Assembly: GCA_000165345.1 (NCBI GenBank)
Contig: CM000431.1
Location: 800,001-864,000, forward strand
Direction of reading: 5' to 3'
DNA length: 64,000 nt
Made by a program: the position numbers and the translations under genes. Position 1 is the stretch's first letter. Each line of letters begins with the position of its first letter. This document shows positions 10,153 through 21,728 of this stretch, one piece after another. The notes beneath the pieces were generated by a model that searched no databases, was not told where the DNA came from, and worked only from the letters and a program-made list of their open reading frames with translations.

Positions 10153-10812
10153 ATGATATTTTTGTCTCTAATCGGTGCATTTGAGCCCTTTATAAGCATA
10201 GATAACCTCAAATTTATTGTGAAAAACCTTCAGATTTTAACAGGGAAAGAAATCAAGTTTATTAAGCATGCAGAAACTAATATAAATTTGGTTATGAAGG
10301 GAAGGTGTAGTGTTGGTAATATTTCTGACCTTAAGGACTATGCAGATTTGAAGGAGCAATCAAATCCAGGGAATCATCAACAGATCTCTACAAATTCTAT
10401 GCTGGAAGTATTGCTTAAGATGAAAAATAAATTCATCACAGAAAACTCAAAAAATCAGATGGATTCCAACTTTTTTTTAATTGGAATAACAAGTTTGGAT
10501 ATATTTCCAACAAATGATCATGAATATGTATTCGGTCAAAGCGACCCAGAAAAAGGAATTGCAATAATATCTGCATATAGGCTATATCAAAATAATAAAA
10601 ACTTAATGAATAGTCGAATATTAAAAGTAATAATGCATGAATATGGTCATTTAATGAAATTAGGGCATTGTAAACACGTATGTTTGATGTCTGTTATATG
10701 TTCGATAAGCGAACTTGATAACAGAACGCTATATTGCTGTGAAAATTGTCTAAATCAAATTAGAGAAAAAAGTTCTACATCGGAGTCAGTGAAGAACTTA
10801 TTTGAGTTTTGA
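10153..10812 (+). CDS. Archaemetzincin-like zinc metallopeptidase
   Basis: The sequence HEYGHLMKLGHCKHVCLMS...(15 aa)...CCENC fits the archaemetzincin signature HExxHxxGxxHCxxxxCxM...CxxC. Confidence 0.6.
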   Translation: MIFLSLIGAFEPFISIDNLKFIVKNLQILTGKEIKFIKHAETNINLVMKGRCSVGNISDLKDYADLKEQSNPGNHQQISTNSMLEVLLKMKNKFITENSKNQMDSNFFLIGITSLDIFPTNDHEYVFGQSDPEKGIAIISAYRLYQNNKNLMNSRILKVIMHEYGHLMKLGHCKHVCLMSVICSISELDNRTLYCCENCLNQIREKSSTSESVKNLFEF

Positions 10813-12062
10813 AATAAGTTTGTAGATGAAAGTTTGCTATATTCAATATAGTTATAAGGAACAATATTTTTCTTATCTTTAATAAAACATGCTGAGTAAT
10901 TATGTAAAATTCCGTTGGGGGATGTTATTTCATGAGCCAAAATTTCTTCTGTGCTTAAACCAATTAAATCTTCATAATTCAAGTTATGAAGATGTCGGTT
11001 GACCTTTGCATTGCTTGCATTCATAGTTAAAGTATTTGATAAATGTCTAATTACAGGCACAACACTCTTATTGTGAATATATAACTCCCATAGCCCAAAA
11101 TTACTTGACAAATAAGTACCCATTTCACAGTTGTTATTTAAACTATCCGCTGTATCAATTTTTTGTCCCTCAGACAAATTTACTGAAGGCTTGTAAGGAT
11201 TAAAAAATTGATCATTTTTATACGAATTAATTCCTTTATCATATGACCATAACTCGCCTTGTGTATTTTTCAAAATTGTGTTTACATATTCATAAATTTC
11301 ATCACTTTCATTGAGAGATAAAACCGGAAACAGTATATTTCTATGCTTTTTAATTATGCTATTAACTAGCGCAATTATCCAAACCGTATTATTCATAGAA
11401 GTAAATAATGAAATTCGAATTAACTTTTTAATGAAACAACTTAATACTGTCATGGGAATTAATGGCGAAAACAGAGAAATTGATAGTAATTTCAAGAACT
11501 TGGCTCTAACTTTCAATGAAAATACTGGAGGGCATAGCAATTCATATAATCGACGATAGTAGCCTGAACTTATATTTTCTTCACTTTCGTTATTTAAATT
11601 AAAGCCTTCGTTTAGTCTATTATTGACAATAAGGTAAAATAGCCCATTTAATGAAATTACTGAGATGGCTAACTTATCCATAGGATTTATTTTGTTACTT
11701 ATACCATCGAAACAATTTTTAAATATATCAGCAAGTTCCAATGGGTTAGATATTATTGGTATTACAAACTCTGAAACGTACTCTAATGCATCCTTTAAAA
11801 TAGGAAGTGGAATATTTCTGTTTTCATCATTATAGTTCATAATAACTATATTAATATATTTCAACCAAAGTTTTTGATAAATCACTCTATAATTCTTGTC
11901 AAATTTAGCAATTTTATCTAGATCTCCATCAAAATCAGAACCAAACATCAAATTGGTCTTGTCTTTGCGTGAACAATCAAATTCCTTTGATTGGTTTTCA
12001 TTGCTTGGACTCGGCAAGTTGACTAATATATGATGCACCCTTAAAAAAATAGTTGTTGCCAA
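10755..12062 (-). CDS. Noc4/CBF(Mak21)-domain nucleolar protein, C-terminal part. It is probably the same gene as 12076..12834.
   Basis: A CBF-like helical region is present (RRLYELLCPP...KFLKLLSISLFSPLIPMTVLSCFIKKLIRISLFTSMNNTVWIIALVNSIIKKH). The ORF begins with TTG rather than ATG, so it is probably an internal continuation. Confidence 0.5.
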   Translation of the reverse strand: MATTIFLRVHHILVNLPSPSNENQSKEFDCSRKDKTNLMFGSDFDGDLDKIAKFDKNYRVIYQKLWLKYINIVIMNYNDENRNIPLPILKDALEYVSEFVIPIISNPLELADIFKNCFDGISNKINPMDKLAISVISLNGLFYLIVNNRLNEGFNLNNESEENISSGYYRRLYELLCPPVFSLKVRAKFLKLLSISLFSPLIPMTVLSCFIKKLIRISLFTSMNNTVWIIALVNSIIKKHRNILFPVLSLNESDEIYEYVNTILKNTQGELWSYDKGINSYKNDQFFNPYKPSVNLSEGQKIDTADSLNNNCEMGTYLSSNFGLWELYIHNKSVVPVIRHLSNTLTMNASNAKVNRHLHNLNYEDLIGLSTEEILAHEITSPNGILHNYSACFIKDKKNIVPYNYIEYSKLSSTNLFQNSNKFFTDSDVELFSLI

Positions 12063-12075
12063 ATTAACTTTTTCG

Positions 12076-12834
12076 TTATTGGTTAAACCATTGTATCATT
12101 GATTCATTTTTTTTGCCAAAATTAAAGATTAATCCCTCTGAGTATTTGTTTAGAAAGTTTAAAATATTTTTCAAAAAAAAGTACCTTAAATCTTTAAAAT
12201 TTGTGATATATTCATTAAGAAGCAAATTTTCCATGATAAAGGTATCATTTGTCATGTTATTTCTACTATCTAAAATAATTCTGTTGATTTCATTGTTTTG
12301 GATAGAGCTAGTCAAAATACTTCTAATAATAAATGTGCTTAAGGAGATCGGAAAATTTCCAGTTTCGTCAAAGTTACCTTTTTCCTTCATATTTTTATAG
12401 TTTCTAATCATAATATCATCTTTAAGCCATTTCATAAATATTTGTACTATCACAGCCCGCAGATTATTTCTATTGGATGAAATACACTTACCCAAATCAT
12501 TATTTATTTGTATGCCTTCAGTACCTATATATTGGTTGTCCATAATAATAGAAGATAATTTAAGAAATTGATGAACTAATGGCTTTAATGAAGATATGGA
12601 TTCATTAACATCTTTATTTTCATCTAATAATAATTCACGAGAGAAATCACTAAAAGACTGATCAGTATCTCCCATAGAAAGAATATCAATTGGTATAGGC
12701 TCCATTGTAGCTTTTCTTGCTTCAGAAATTTGTTTGTTCAAATCTAACAACATTTTCGTAACAATTTCCAATTTAACCTTCTTAGATTTAGAAGCCTTAT
12801 TAAGCTTTTTGGATGTTTGGGAATGAGATTTCAT
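12076..12834 (-). CDS. N-terminal part of the Noc4/CBF-like gene, or a separate hypothetical 252-aa protein.
   Basis: An ATG-initiated ORF ends 13 nt upstream of the next ORF, in a different frame. No canonical intron can be modelled between them. Confidence 0.45.
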   Translation of the reverse strand: MKSHSQTSKKLNKASKSKKVKLEIVTKMLLDLNKQISEARKATMEPIPIDILSMGDTDQSFSDFSRELLLDENKDVNESISSLKPLVHQFLKLSSIIMDNQYIGTEGIQINNDLGKCISSNRNNLRAVIVQIFMKWLKDDIMIRNYKNMKEKGNFDETGNFPISLSTFIIRSILTSSIQNNEINRIILDSRNNMTNDTFIMENLLLNEYITNFKDLRYFFLKNILNFLNKYSEGLIFNFGKKNESMIQWFNQ

Positions 12835-12956
12835 GTTTATAGATTCTTTCTTTAAATATCAAGAAAGAGCCCTTAAATAAATAGTTGAATTTATAAATAA
12901 GTTTTTGCCAATTATCCAAAAATTAGTTTTATGATAATAGTCAAAAAATAACTACT

Positions 12957-12976
12957 TTGGCGGCGCAATCGCGCGA
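12957..12976. promoter_or_regulatory. E2F-like GGCGC-core motif cluster (TTTGGCGGCGCAATCGCGCG) in the divergent promoter between the Noc4-like and AK6 genes
   Basis: GC-rich TTTGGCGC-type element in an otherwise AT-rich intergenic region, about 70-120 bp from both start codons. Similar elements occur at 1258..1270, 4076..4087, 21546..21572, 31236..31241, 42124..42132, 48325..48333 and 63953..63965. Confidence 0.5.
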
Positions 12977-13043
12977 TAATTTGCAATTAGATAGAATATT
13001 CATTCCATTCTGAATGCTTGAAAACATAAAAATATAAAATATA

Positions 13044-13583
13044 ATGCTAGGTAAAGGTAGAAAGCCTAACATACTAATTATTGGCACCCCTGGTACAGGG
13101 AAAACTTCATTAAGTAAAAAACTAGAGAAAAAACTGGAAGGCTACAAAAGAATTGAACTTTCAAAAGCTATTAAAAAACATAGGCTCTACAGTGAATGGG
13201 ATGATAAAATGGGAGCAAGCATTTTCGACGAGAATCTAGTTAGAAGATATCTAAAAAATCAATTGGATAAATATAATTCTAAGAATGTTGGCATAATACT
13301 CGATTTCCATTCAGTAAATTTCATCAAGAGAAAGTGGTTCGACATTGTTTTTTGCTTAAACTCAGAAACCCATGTTTTGTTTGATAGGCTTGAGAAAAGA
13401 GGTTACAGCCAAGATAAAATTAAAGAGAATGTTGAGTGCGAAATTTTCAAGGTTATTAGATTTGACGCTACAGAGATATTCGATGAGGAACAAATAATTG
13501 ATTTACAAAGTAATAATATCTGTGAGCAGAGGTCAAATATAAAATTTATATTGAATAAAATATCTAGCATTGAAAATAGTTAA
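13044..13583 (+). CDS. Adenylate kinase isoenzyme 6 (AK6 / Fap7 / hCINAP-like)
   Basis: P-loop NILIIGTPGTGKTSLSKKL. The size (179 aa) and overall layout match the AK6/Fap7 family. Confidence 0.85.
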   Translation: MLGKGRKPNILIIGTPGTGKTSLSKKLEKKLEGYKRIELSKAIKKHRLYSEWDDKMGASIFDENLVRRYLKNQLDKYNSKNVGIILDFHSVNFIKRKWFDIVFCLNSETHVLFDRLEKRGYSQDKIKENVECEIFKVIRFDATEIFDEEQIIDLQSNNICEQRSNIKFILNKISSIENS

Positions 13584-13950
13584 AACAATCTCCACTTAGA
13601 CCTTTTTTTAGTTAATCTTTTATTTTTATAGAACATATTTACCCGCCTAATTTGACATGTAATTATTATTGTGGACAATTCATATAGGTTCATCCACGTC
13701 TTCAACAGGTTTAGATCTGATTAAATTTGAATTATTTTACTATCAATCAGTGGAGGAAGGTGGCTTATGGTAGTGAGTGAGCACAAAAATTGATTTGTAT
13801 ATTAGTAAAATTATGAACTGAGATATAACTTCTATGACGCTGATGAATAGGCAAGAATTATAGTTAAAGTTACTTGATAAGAAAAGAAGATAAAAGTAAG
13901 CTGATTGAGGTAGGGATAATAGTAGTAATCAAGATTGAACAACAACAAAC

Positions 13951-15075
13951 ATGAGTATTGGAAGTTTTGTACCTGAGGTAATTTTTATGGATAACATAGA
14001 GTCAAATATTAAACTACTCACAGAAAATGAGAATTCGAATAACCAAATTGAGTGTATTTCAAAAGAGAATTTTTTAAATTTGAATTCTCAATTTAAACAA
14101 TCATCAGATAGTTTATCTTTTGATATGAAAATAAGAACAGAAAATATTAATTTAAATTCTATTCAAGAACCATCAAAAGTTGACCATTATTATAAAATTC
14201 AACCTTTGCAAGGCATTGAGCAGAATATTGGCGAAAACATTCAAATTCCTGTTGAAGATGAAGTTCAGAGTTATACGAGCTATAGCAATTTCAAATTAGA
14301 ATGGGATCATGAAAATAAAGCATTATTCGTAGTAATTCCTTCAGTTGATAGTTTGGACCATTGGATGATGCTGTTTTTGCAACCTTTAGGTATTACTTGT
14401 GATTCGCTGAGTTTAAATAATTGTTGTTTAAAAAGAAATTGCGACTTTCGAATACGGCTTGATGATGAAAGACTGTTACTTTATCCAGATTTATTAAAAG
14501 ATATTTCTGACTTTTTAAGTACACAGTATTTAAATTGGCAATATTATAGGGAAAATGTAATTATGAGGGATTGCGAGGTGATGGACTCTGAACAAGAAAA
14601 GTATATCGGTGATAACTTAATAAATGGCAATCATTTCGGTCCAAAATGTTACAATTATTGGAAATTCCCTGATATAAATGTATTCGTGAATAATGATTCT
14701 CACTTAAATAATGAAATTAACTTTGCAGAGGATGAAAATTCCAGTAAATTTTATGAAAAAGAAAATTTTTCTCAAAATAATGGTAGCTTTGAAAGGAATA
14801 TTCAAAAATCAATCACCAATTACAACACAGACATTTACGGAAAGTGTTTATTAGTTCCAGAACTGTGTTCAAAAGGTGATGAACCTTTGGTACAGAATAA
14901 TACATTATCATGTCTTACTACCAATATTTCTGATTTAAATGTGCTAACTACAGACTCTGGCGTACTTCAAGTATTGACATCTGAGAATTCTAATCATGAT
15001 GATAACTATTTTGCATTAAATACGAACAGTTCAATGGGAACAAATGACAAGGAGTATTTCCCTATTGAAACTTAG
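13951..15075 (+). CDS. Hypothetical protein (374 aa)
   Basis: Long ORF. I recognise no domain. Confidence 0.45.
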   Translation: MSIGSFVPEVIFMDNIESNIKLLTENENSNNQIECISKENFLNLNSQFKQSSDSLSFDMKIRTENINLNSIQEPSKVDHYYKIQPLQGIEQNIGENIQIPVEDEVQSYTSYSNFKLEWDHENKALFVVIPSVDSLDHWMMLFLQPLGITCDSLSLNNCCLKRNCDFRIRLDDERLLLYPDLLKDISDFLSTQYLNWQYYRENVIMRDCEVMDSEQEKYIGDNLINGNHFGPKCYNYWKFPDINVFVNNDSHLNNEINFAEDENSSKFYEKENFSQNNGSFERNIQKSITNYNTDIYGKCLLVPELCSKGDEPLVQNNTLSCLTTNISDLNVLTTDSGVLQVLTSENSNHDDNYFALNTNSSMGTNDKEYFPIET

Positions 15076-15169
15076 AAAAAAAAACAAATTCACTGTTTTT
15101 CAAATATTATATAAAATTATACTAGTTGAAAAATAAATTATAGCTTTCGATTTTTAATATTAAGTAATG

Positions 15170-15673
15170 CTAATCTTGATCTTCGCAGTATTCTATGTTC
15201 TTTGGTGTTTCTCCAGTTAATATATATCTTCTGTTTTGTGCGTTTTTATTATAAATTAGAGCAAATTCTTCAGGCCTTTTTTCGTTCTCAAAGTAATAAA
15301 TCCCATCTTCTTTTTTTGTGAAGTCTTCTTCTTTGGGAACTGAATAACGACAACAAATTAAACTTAAAATCACGCAAATTAATAAAACGATTACAAGAAT
15401 TACGAGAATAACTTGACTTATTTGAGATGAAAATGGTTGATCATAGCTAATATTCCATTTATAGCTGGAAAGGCTTAGTTCTCCATTTGCTCTTCTTCCA
15501 GGAGAATTAAATATCTCATGGTTTTCATTTACAATATCCCATGCGTTCTTTTTTGTTCTAACAAAAGAATAAGCATGATTTGATAGTAAATTTAAAGATA
15601 GGTCATATTCAAAATTTATATTAAAAGCTATAATGGAAAAAAATAGAGCTATTATTTTGATATAACTTCGCAT
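15170..15673 (-). CDS. Small signal-peptide / single-pass membrane protein (hypothetical)
   Basis: N-terminal hydrophobic segment MRSYIKIIALFFSIIAF. Internal transmembrane segment ISQVILVILVIVLLICVILSLICC. Confidence 0.4.
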   Translation of the reverse strand: MRSYIKIIALFFSIIAFNINFEYDLSLNLLSNHAYSFVRTKKNAWDIVNENHEIFNSPGRRANGELSLSSYKWNISYDQPFSSQISQVILVILVIVLLICVILSLICCRYSVPKEEDFTKKEDGIYYFENEKRPEEFALIYNKNAQNRRYILTGETPKNIEYCEDQD

Positions 15674-16166
15674 TCTGATATAGGCCCTTTAAGTTGTATA
15701 ATTTTGAAATTCAAGATTCCCAAAGTATGTTTTAAACAATTATAAACATAAATAAATCAAATTGAACTCAGTGTGGTGTAAAGTTAAATTTGTTATTAAT
15801 CCCAGTAATTAATTTTTGATAAATTAATTTGCAATTTTTAGATCATTTTTTGGCAAGTATTAGTTACAATTCGACAATATCATTAAATAATCCTTTTTTA
15901 GTCAAAAGTCTATTAGAATACAACTCAATATATGTTTATATTATTTTTGCATTACTAATCCAATCTATATTTCATTCGTGTGAATTGCAATATTTGTACA
16001 CTACCAGTCATTGGCGGGAAGTATTTATTCCTATTAAGGTTTTTTCTCACAAGGATAAAAATCGCAAATTATACAAAAAACAACTCGGCACTCATTCATT
16101 GTTTTAGTAGGCCTGTTTTATAAAATATTAGCTTAATTTAAGCTTGTTTTTTGTATATATGTTTCA

Positions 16167-16562
16167 TTGAGCGATTTTGATATCTTGATCATAAGTAATA
16201 AAATGTTAAGCGAAGGGGAAAGTGAGTTATTAATAGAAGACGAAAACCCTATTGCTAGATTCTCTTTGGAATTAGAGTTTGTGCAATGTCTTTCAAACCC
16301 AGACTATCTTCAATGGTTATCAAAGGAGGGATATTTTGAAGATGAGTCATTCGTCAATTACTTAAAATATTTATTGTATTGGTGTGAATTCCCATATGTG
16401 AAGTATATATCTTATCCCCATTGTATTAAAATGCTGAGACTGCTTCAGATCGAAGATTTCAGAAAAAACTTGTCGAAGGAAGAAGTAATTCAAATTATTC
16501 GCGAACAACAAACATATCAATGGATTTACTCTGACATAAAAAAAGAACATTTAAAGTTATAG
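16167..16562 (+). CDS. MED31: Mediator complex subunit 31 (Med31/Soh1)
   Basis: RFSLELEFVQCLSNPDYLQWLSKEGYFEDESFVNYLKYLLYWCEFPYVKYISYPHCIKMLRLLQ aligns closely with the Med31 consensus (RFQ.ELEFVQCLANP.YL..LAQ.GYF.D..F.NYLKYL.YW..PEY.KY..YP.CL..LELLQ). Confidence 0.9.
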   Translation: MSDFDILIISNKMLSEGESELLIEDENPIARFSLELEFVQCLSNPDYLQWLSKEGYFEDESFVNYLKYLLYWCEFPYVKYISYPHCIKMLRLLQIEDFRKNLSKEEVIQIIREQQTYQWIYSDIKKEHLKL

Positions 16563-16978
16563 ATAACTTAAAGTGGTATTCATCTATGATTTATGGGGTT
16601 GTGGAGTTTGATTAATTGTAGAATTCCAATATTTAAATATCGCTCCGAGGAGCACTTTTGTTGAGATTCTAATTTGAAAGAAAAAATCTTTTTTCTATAG
16701 TAGTAATCATCAAATTTTTCACAAGTGTGAATTTAGGTCTTGATAATATCGTATTTATTTTACTTCATACTAAAAAAGTAATTATTTATGCTTTATCCAA
16801 TAATTTGGACTAAAAGTTTAAAAAGCAATGACTAATATAACAAAAATTTTCAATTATTTGTTTCTGATAAACAATAAAAGCTAATTATTATTTAAATTCT
16901 AGAACAATATTAACAACTAGTACATGGAACTATTTTTTTATTTAAGCGTTATTAAGATTTTTGAGATAGTGTAATTTA

Positions 16979-19138
<2,160 letters not shown>

Positions 19139-19400
19139 GCTAATATTATGTATTTATATTGTATATTTATCTAGATGCAATAACTAGAAGTGCAACAAAT
19201 TTGAAGTAAATTTGTGTTGATTTTCTCCTGAAATTTTATTGTGCACAAATACTTATGGTAGCAATTAATAAATCCGCCAATTATTTTTAACGGATTATTA
19301 AAATAGAATTATATTTAGTTTAGATTATAATCAAATTAACTAATTAGAAGATATTTTTGATTCTAATGAATTTCAATAATTATTTCCAATTGAATCCAAA

Positions 19401-19429
19401 CTTTAATCAAAAAAAAATTTTAAAAATGT
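19401..19429 (-). terminator. Pol III oligo-T terminator downstream of tRNA-Gly
   Basis: T5 and T9 runs on the tRNA coding strand immediately 3' of the discriminator base. Confidence 0.6.
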
Positions 19430-19500
19430 GCGTGTATCGGGAGTCGAACCCGAGCCATCAGTTCGGAAAACTGAGATGCTAGCCGTTACACCATACACGC
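19430..19500 (-). tRNA. tRNA-Gly (anticodon UCC), 71 nt. It has intragenic A/B boxes and a downstream oligo-T terminator.
   Basis: The reverse complement GCGTGTATGGTGTAACGGCTAGCATCTCAGTTTTCCGAACTGATGGCTCGGGTTCGACTCCCGATACACGC folds as a cloverleaf. The acceptor is a 7-bp stem GCGTGTA/TACACGC. The anticodon stem is TCAGT/ACTGA, with loop TTTCCGA giving anticodon TCC. The T-arm is TCGGG-TTCGACT-CCCGA. The discriminator is A. T5 and T9 runs follow on the coding strand. Confidence 0.85.
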
Positions 19501-19627
19501 CCACGTCTGAACGGTTGTTTTTAGTGATTATAATCTAAAAAACAAACATTAATTCGAAAAGTCTACATTAGGAATTAAAAAAAAGAAAACAAAAAAAAAA
19601 AAACAATTCGAGAGCAATATTAATAAT

Positions 19628-21157
19628 TTATGAAAATATTTTTGCTTTAAAGCTAAATAGATCGCGTATATTTGGGATATTATAACTAATCATCGTTGGC
19701 CTTTCAAGAGAAAGCCCCCATGCAATCACAACGATGTCAGAGGGAAACCCGAGTGGTCTAAGCATTTCTGGTCTAAATAAGCCGGAATTTCCAACTTCGA
19801 TCCACTTTTTTAGGGTAGTGTGGTATCCAAAGATTTCCATAGAAGGCTCAGTATAAGGGTTAAATGCAGGTTTAAATTTAAGATCGGAAATACCAATCTT
19901 TTCGTAGAAAGTCTTTAAAGTTCCGATTAGATCTGCAAGTGTAAGATTCTTGTCGACAATTAATCCCTCAACCTGATGAAACTCAGCAAGATGGGTAGCA
20001 TCGATTGATTCATTTCTGAAAACACGGTCAATTGAGAAGTAAGCCTTTCTCTGGAAATTATCAAAAGATAGTCCGTTCTCGTTATATAAATACATTTGAG
20101 CAAGTTTATAAAGCATTCTTACGGAAACTGCTGTTGTGTGAGTTCTAAGAAGATTTTTAGAGGCTTCTTCAATACTCCAATTGTAAGATAAACCAATTGA
20201 TCCATATCCGCCAATCTCATGTACTTTTTTAACTTTATCAATGTGATCGTTCGACAACTCCATTTCATTTCTGAAAGTACTTGGAGTTTCTAAGAAGAAA
20301 GTATCATGAGAATCTCTTGCAGGATGTTTTTGAGGTTGGAAAAGAGCATCAAAATTCCAGAATGAACTTTCAACCCAGCGATTAGTAGGCATCTCTTCAA
20401 ATCCCATTTGAGATAAAATTCTCTTAAACTTTCTTGAAGTGCGAGTAAGAGGATGAATATTTCCTCTTGGCAGTCTTTTTCCTTTTGCATTGAAATTATA
20501 GGGTTTAAACTCGTTGTTTTCCCAACTTGAGTTCATAATCATTTCTTGGGTTAAATCAGTAATCATAGGTTTAAGCTTCACAGTAAAGTCCTCCCCCTTA
20601 TTAATCATGAAGTAAGATATTTTCTGTGAGATTGCAAGTTTTCTCTTTTTTAATTCTGCTATTATTTGTAAATCTTGTTTAGTTAGTTGACTCTCTTTAA
20701 CACCATTTACCCCCACAATAAGAAGATTTTTCCCTAACTCATCGGTATTTAATAAATCCATGTTGGAATCAGCAGGAATCTCTATTAGTCCCAATTCTTT
20801 ATTTAATTTGATCAGCTTTTTCTGAAGACATTTTGAAAGCCCTATTTTAAATATGGAGCCTCCCAGAAATGTCATTGCCTCGTCTTGTTTAATTTTATGA
20901 TCAGACTTTTCCAAAATAATTTTAATAAGCCTGTATTCTGGTGATCCATTCAACAAATAGTCTTTTCCCTCATCTGTAAGAGATAACATATTGTCCGAAA
21001 TAAATTGTGTTTTAATAATATTACGGGACTCCAAACTTTTAATTACTCCTATTACTCTTTCATGCTCACATTTGAGTTCTTCTGAAATGCTAATACTGCT
21101 TAAAGAACAATTAAGCGACTCAAGCTTTTCTAATATTGTTACAGGTTCCACTTCCAT
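19628..21157 (-). CDS. Phenylalanyl-tRNA synthetase alpha subunit (cytoplasmic)
   Basis: [55 protein letters not shown] is near-identical in pattern to the eukaryotic FARSA class II motif region. The C-terminal catalytic core is ...[10 protein letters not shown]. Confidence 0.9.
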   Translation of the reverse strand: MEVEPVTILEKLESLNCSLSSISISEELKCEHERVIGVIKSLESRNIIKTQFISDNMLSLTDEGKDYLLNGSPEYRLIKIILEKSDHKIKQDEAMTFLGGSIFKIGLSKCLQKKLIKLNKELGLIEIPADSNMDLLNTDELGKNLLIVGVNGVKESQLTKQDLQIIAELKKRKLAISQKISYFMINKGEDFTVKLKPMITDLTQEMIMNSSWENNEFKPYNFNAKGKRLPRGNIHPLTRTSRKFKRILSQMGFEEMPTNRWVESSFWNFDALFQPQKHPARDSHDTFFLETPSTFRNEMELSNDHIDKVKKVHEIGGYGSIGLSYNWSIEEASKNLLRTHTTAVSVRMLYKLAQMYLYNENGLSFDNFQRKAYFSIDRVFRNESIDATHLAEFHQVEGLIVDKNLTLADLIGTLKTFYEKIGISDLKFKPAFNPYTEPSMEIFGYHTTLKKWIEVGNSGLFRPEMLRPLGFPSDIVVIAWGLSLERPTMISYNIPNIRDLFSFKAKIFS

Positions 21158-21728
21158 GGTTTGATCACACGATTAATGCTCTATTAAAAATGATTTTTTT
21201 TCCAAGTTTGACATAGTTAAAACAATTATTAGGCGGCTTTCAGTATTTTTAATTGTCTCTTAAAATTAGAAGAAAATAGCATAGCTAATAATGAAAATCT
21301 ATAAAGTAATTAAGATTATCGTACTAACAAAACAATTTATTACAAATGAAAAATCTAGAAATCACAAAAAAAAAATTATTATTGCGAGTATTGAAATAGG
21401 TTATGACAGAATCAAAACGTATATCCTCCTATCTAATACTTTTAAACTCAATAAATAATATGTTCATTGTTATCTTTCTCTTAAATTTTTGTCTTTTCAT
21501 CGATGGATTTTTTTTTTTTAACAAGAAAATTATTAAATTGGGAATTAGCGCCATATATAAGCGCTGGCAAACTAGTTAGTTTGATGATACTTAAAGGCGG
21601 AGTAAATTAGCTTTTGTAGTCCGATTAGATTGAGTTAGCTAGTGGTTTTTCTATAAAGGGGGATTTAGAACAAAATTATTAACATATATGAGAGAACTTT
21701 TGTTATGAACGTAGGAAACTAACCTCTA

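Noticed and set aside
15829-16107. 92-aa ORF upstream of MED31
   Set aside because: It has no ATG-context support and an AT-rich, hydrophobic nonsense composition. It lies in the MED31 promoter region. It is probably non-coding.
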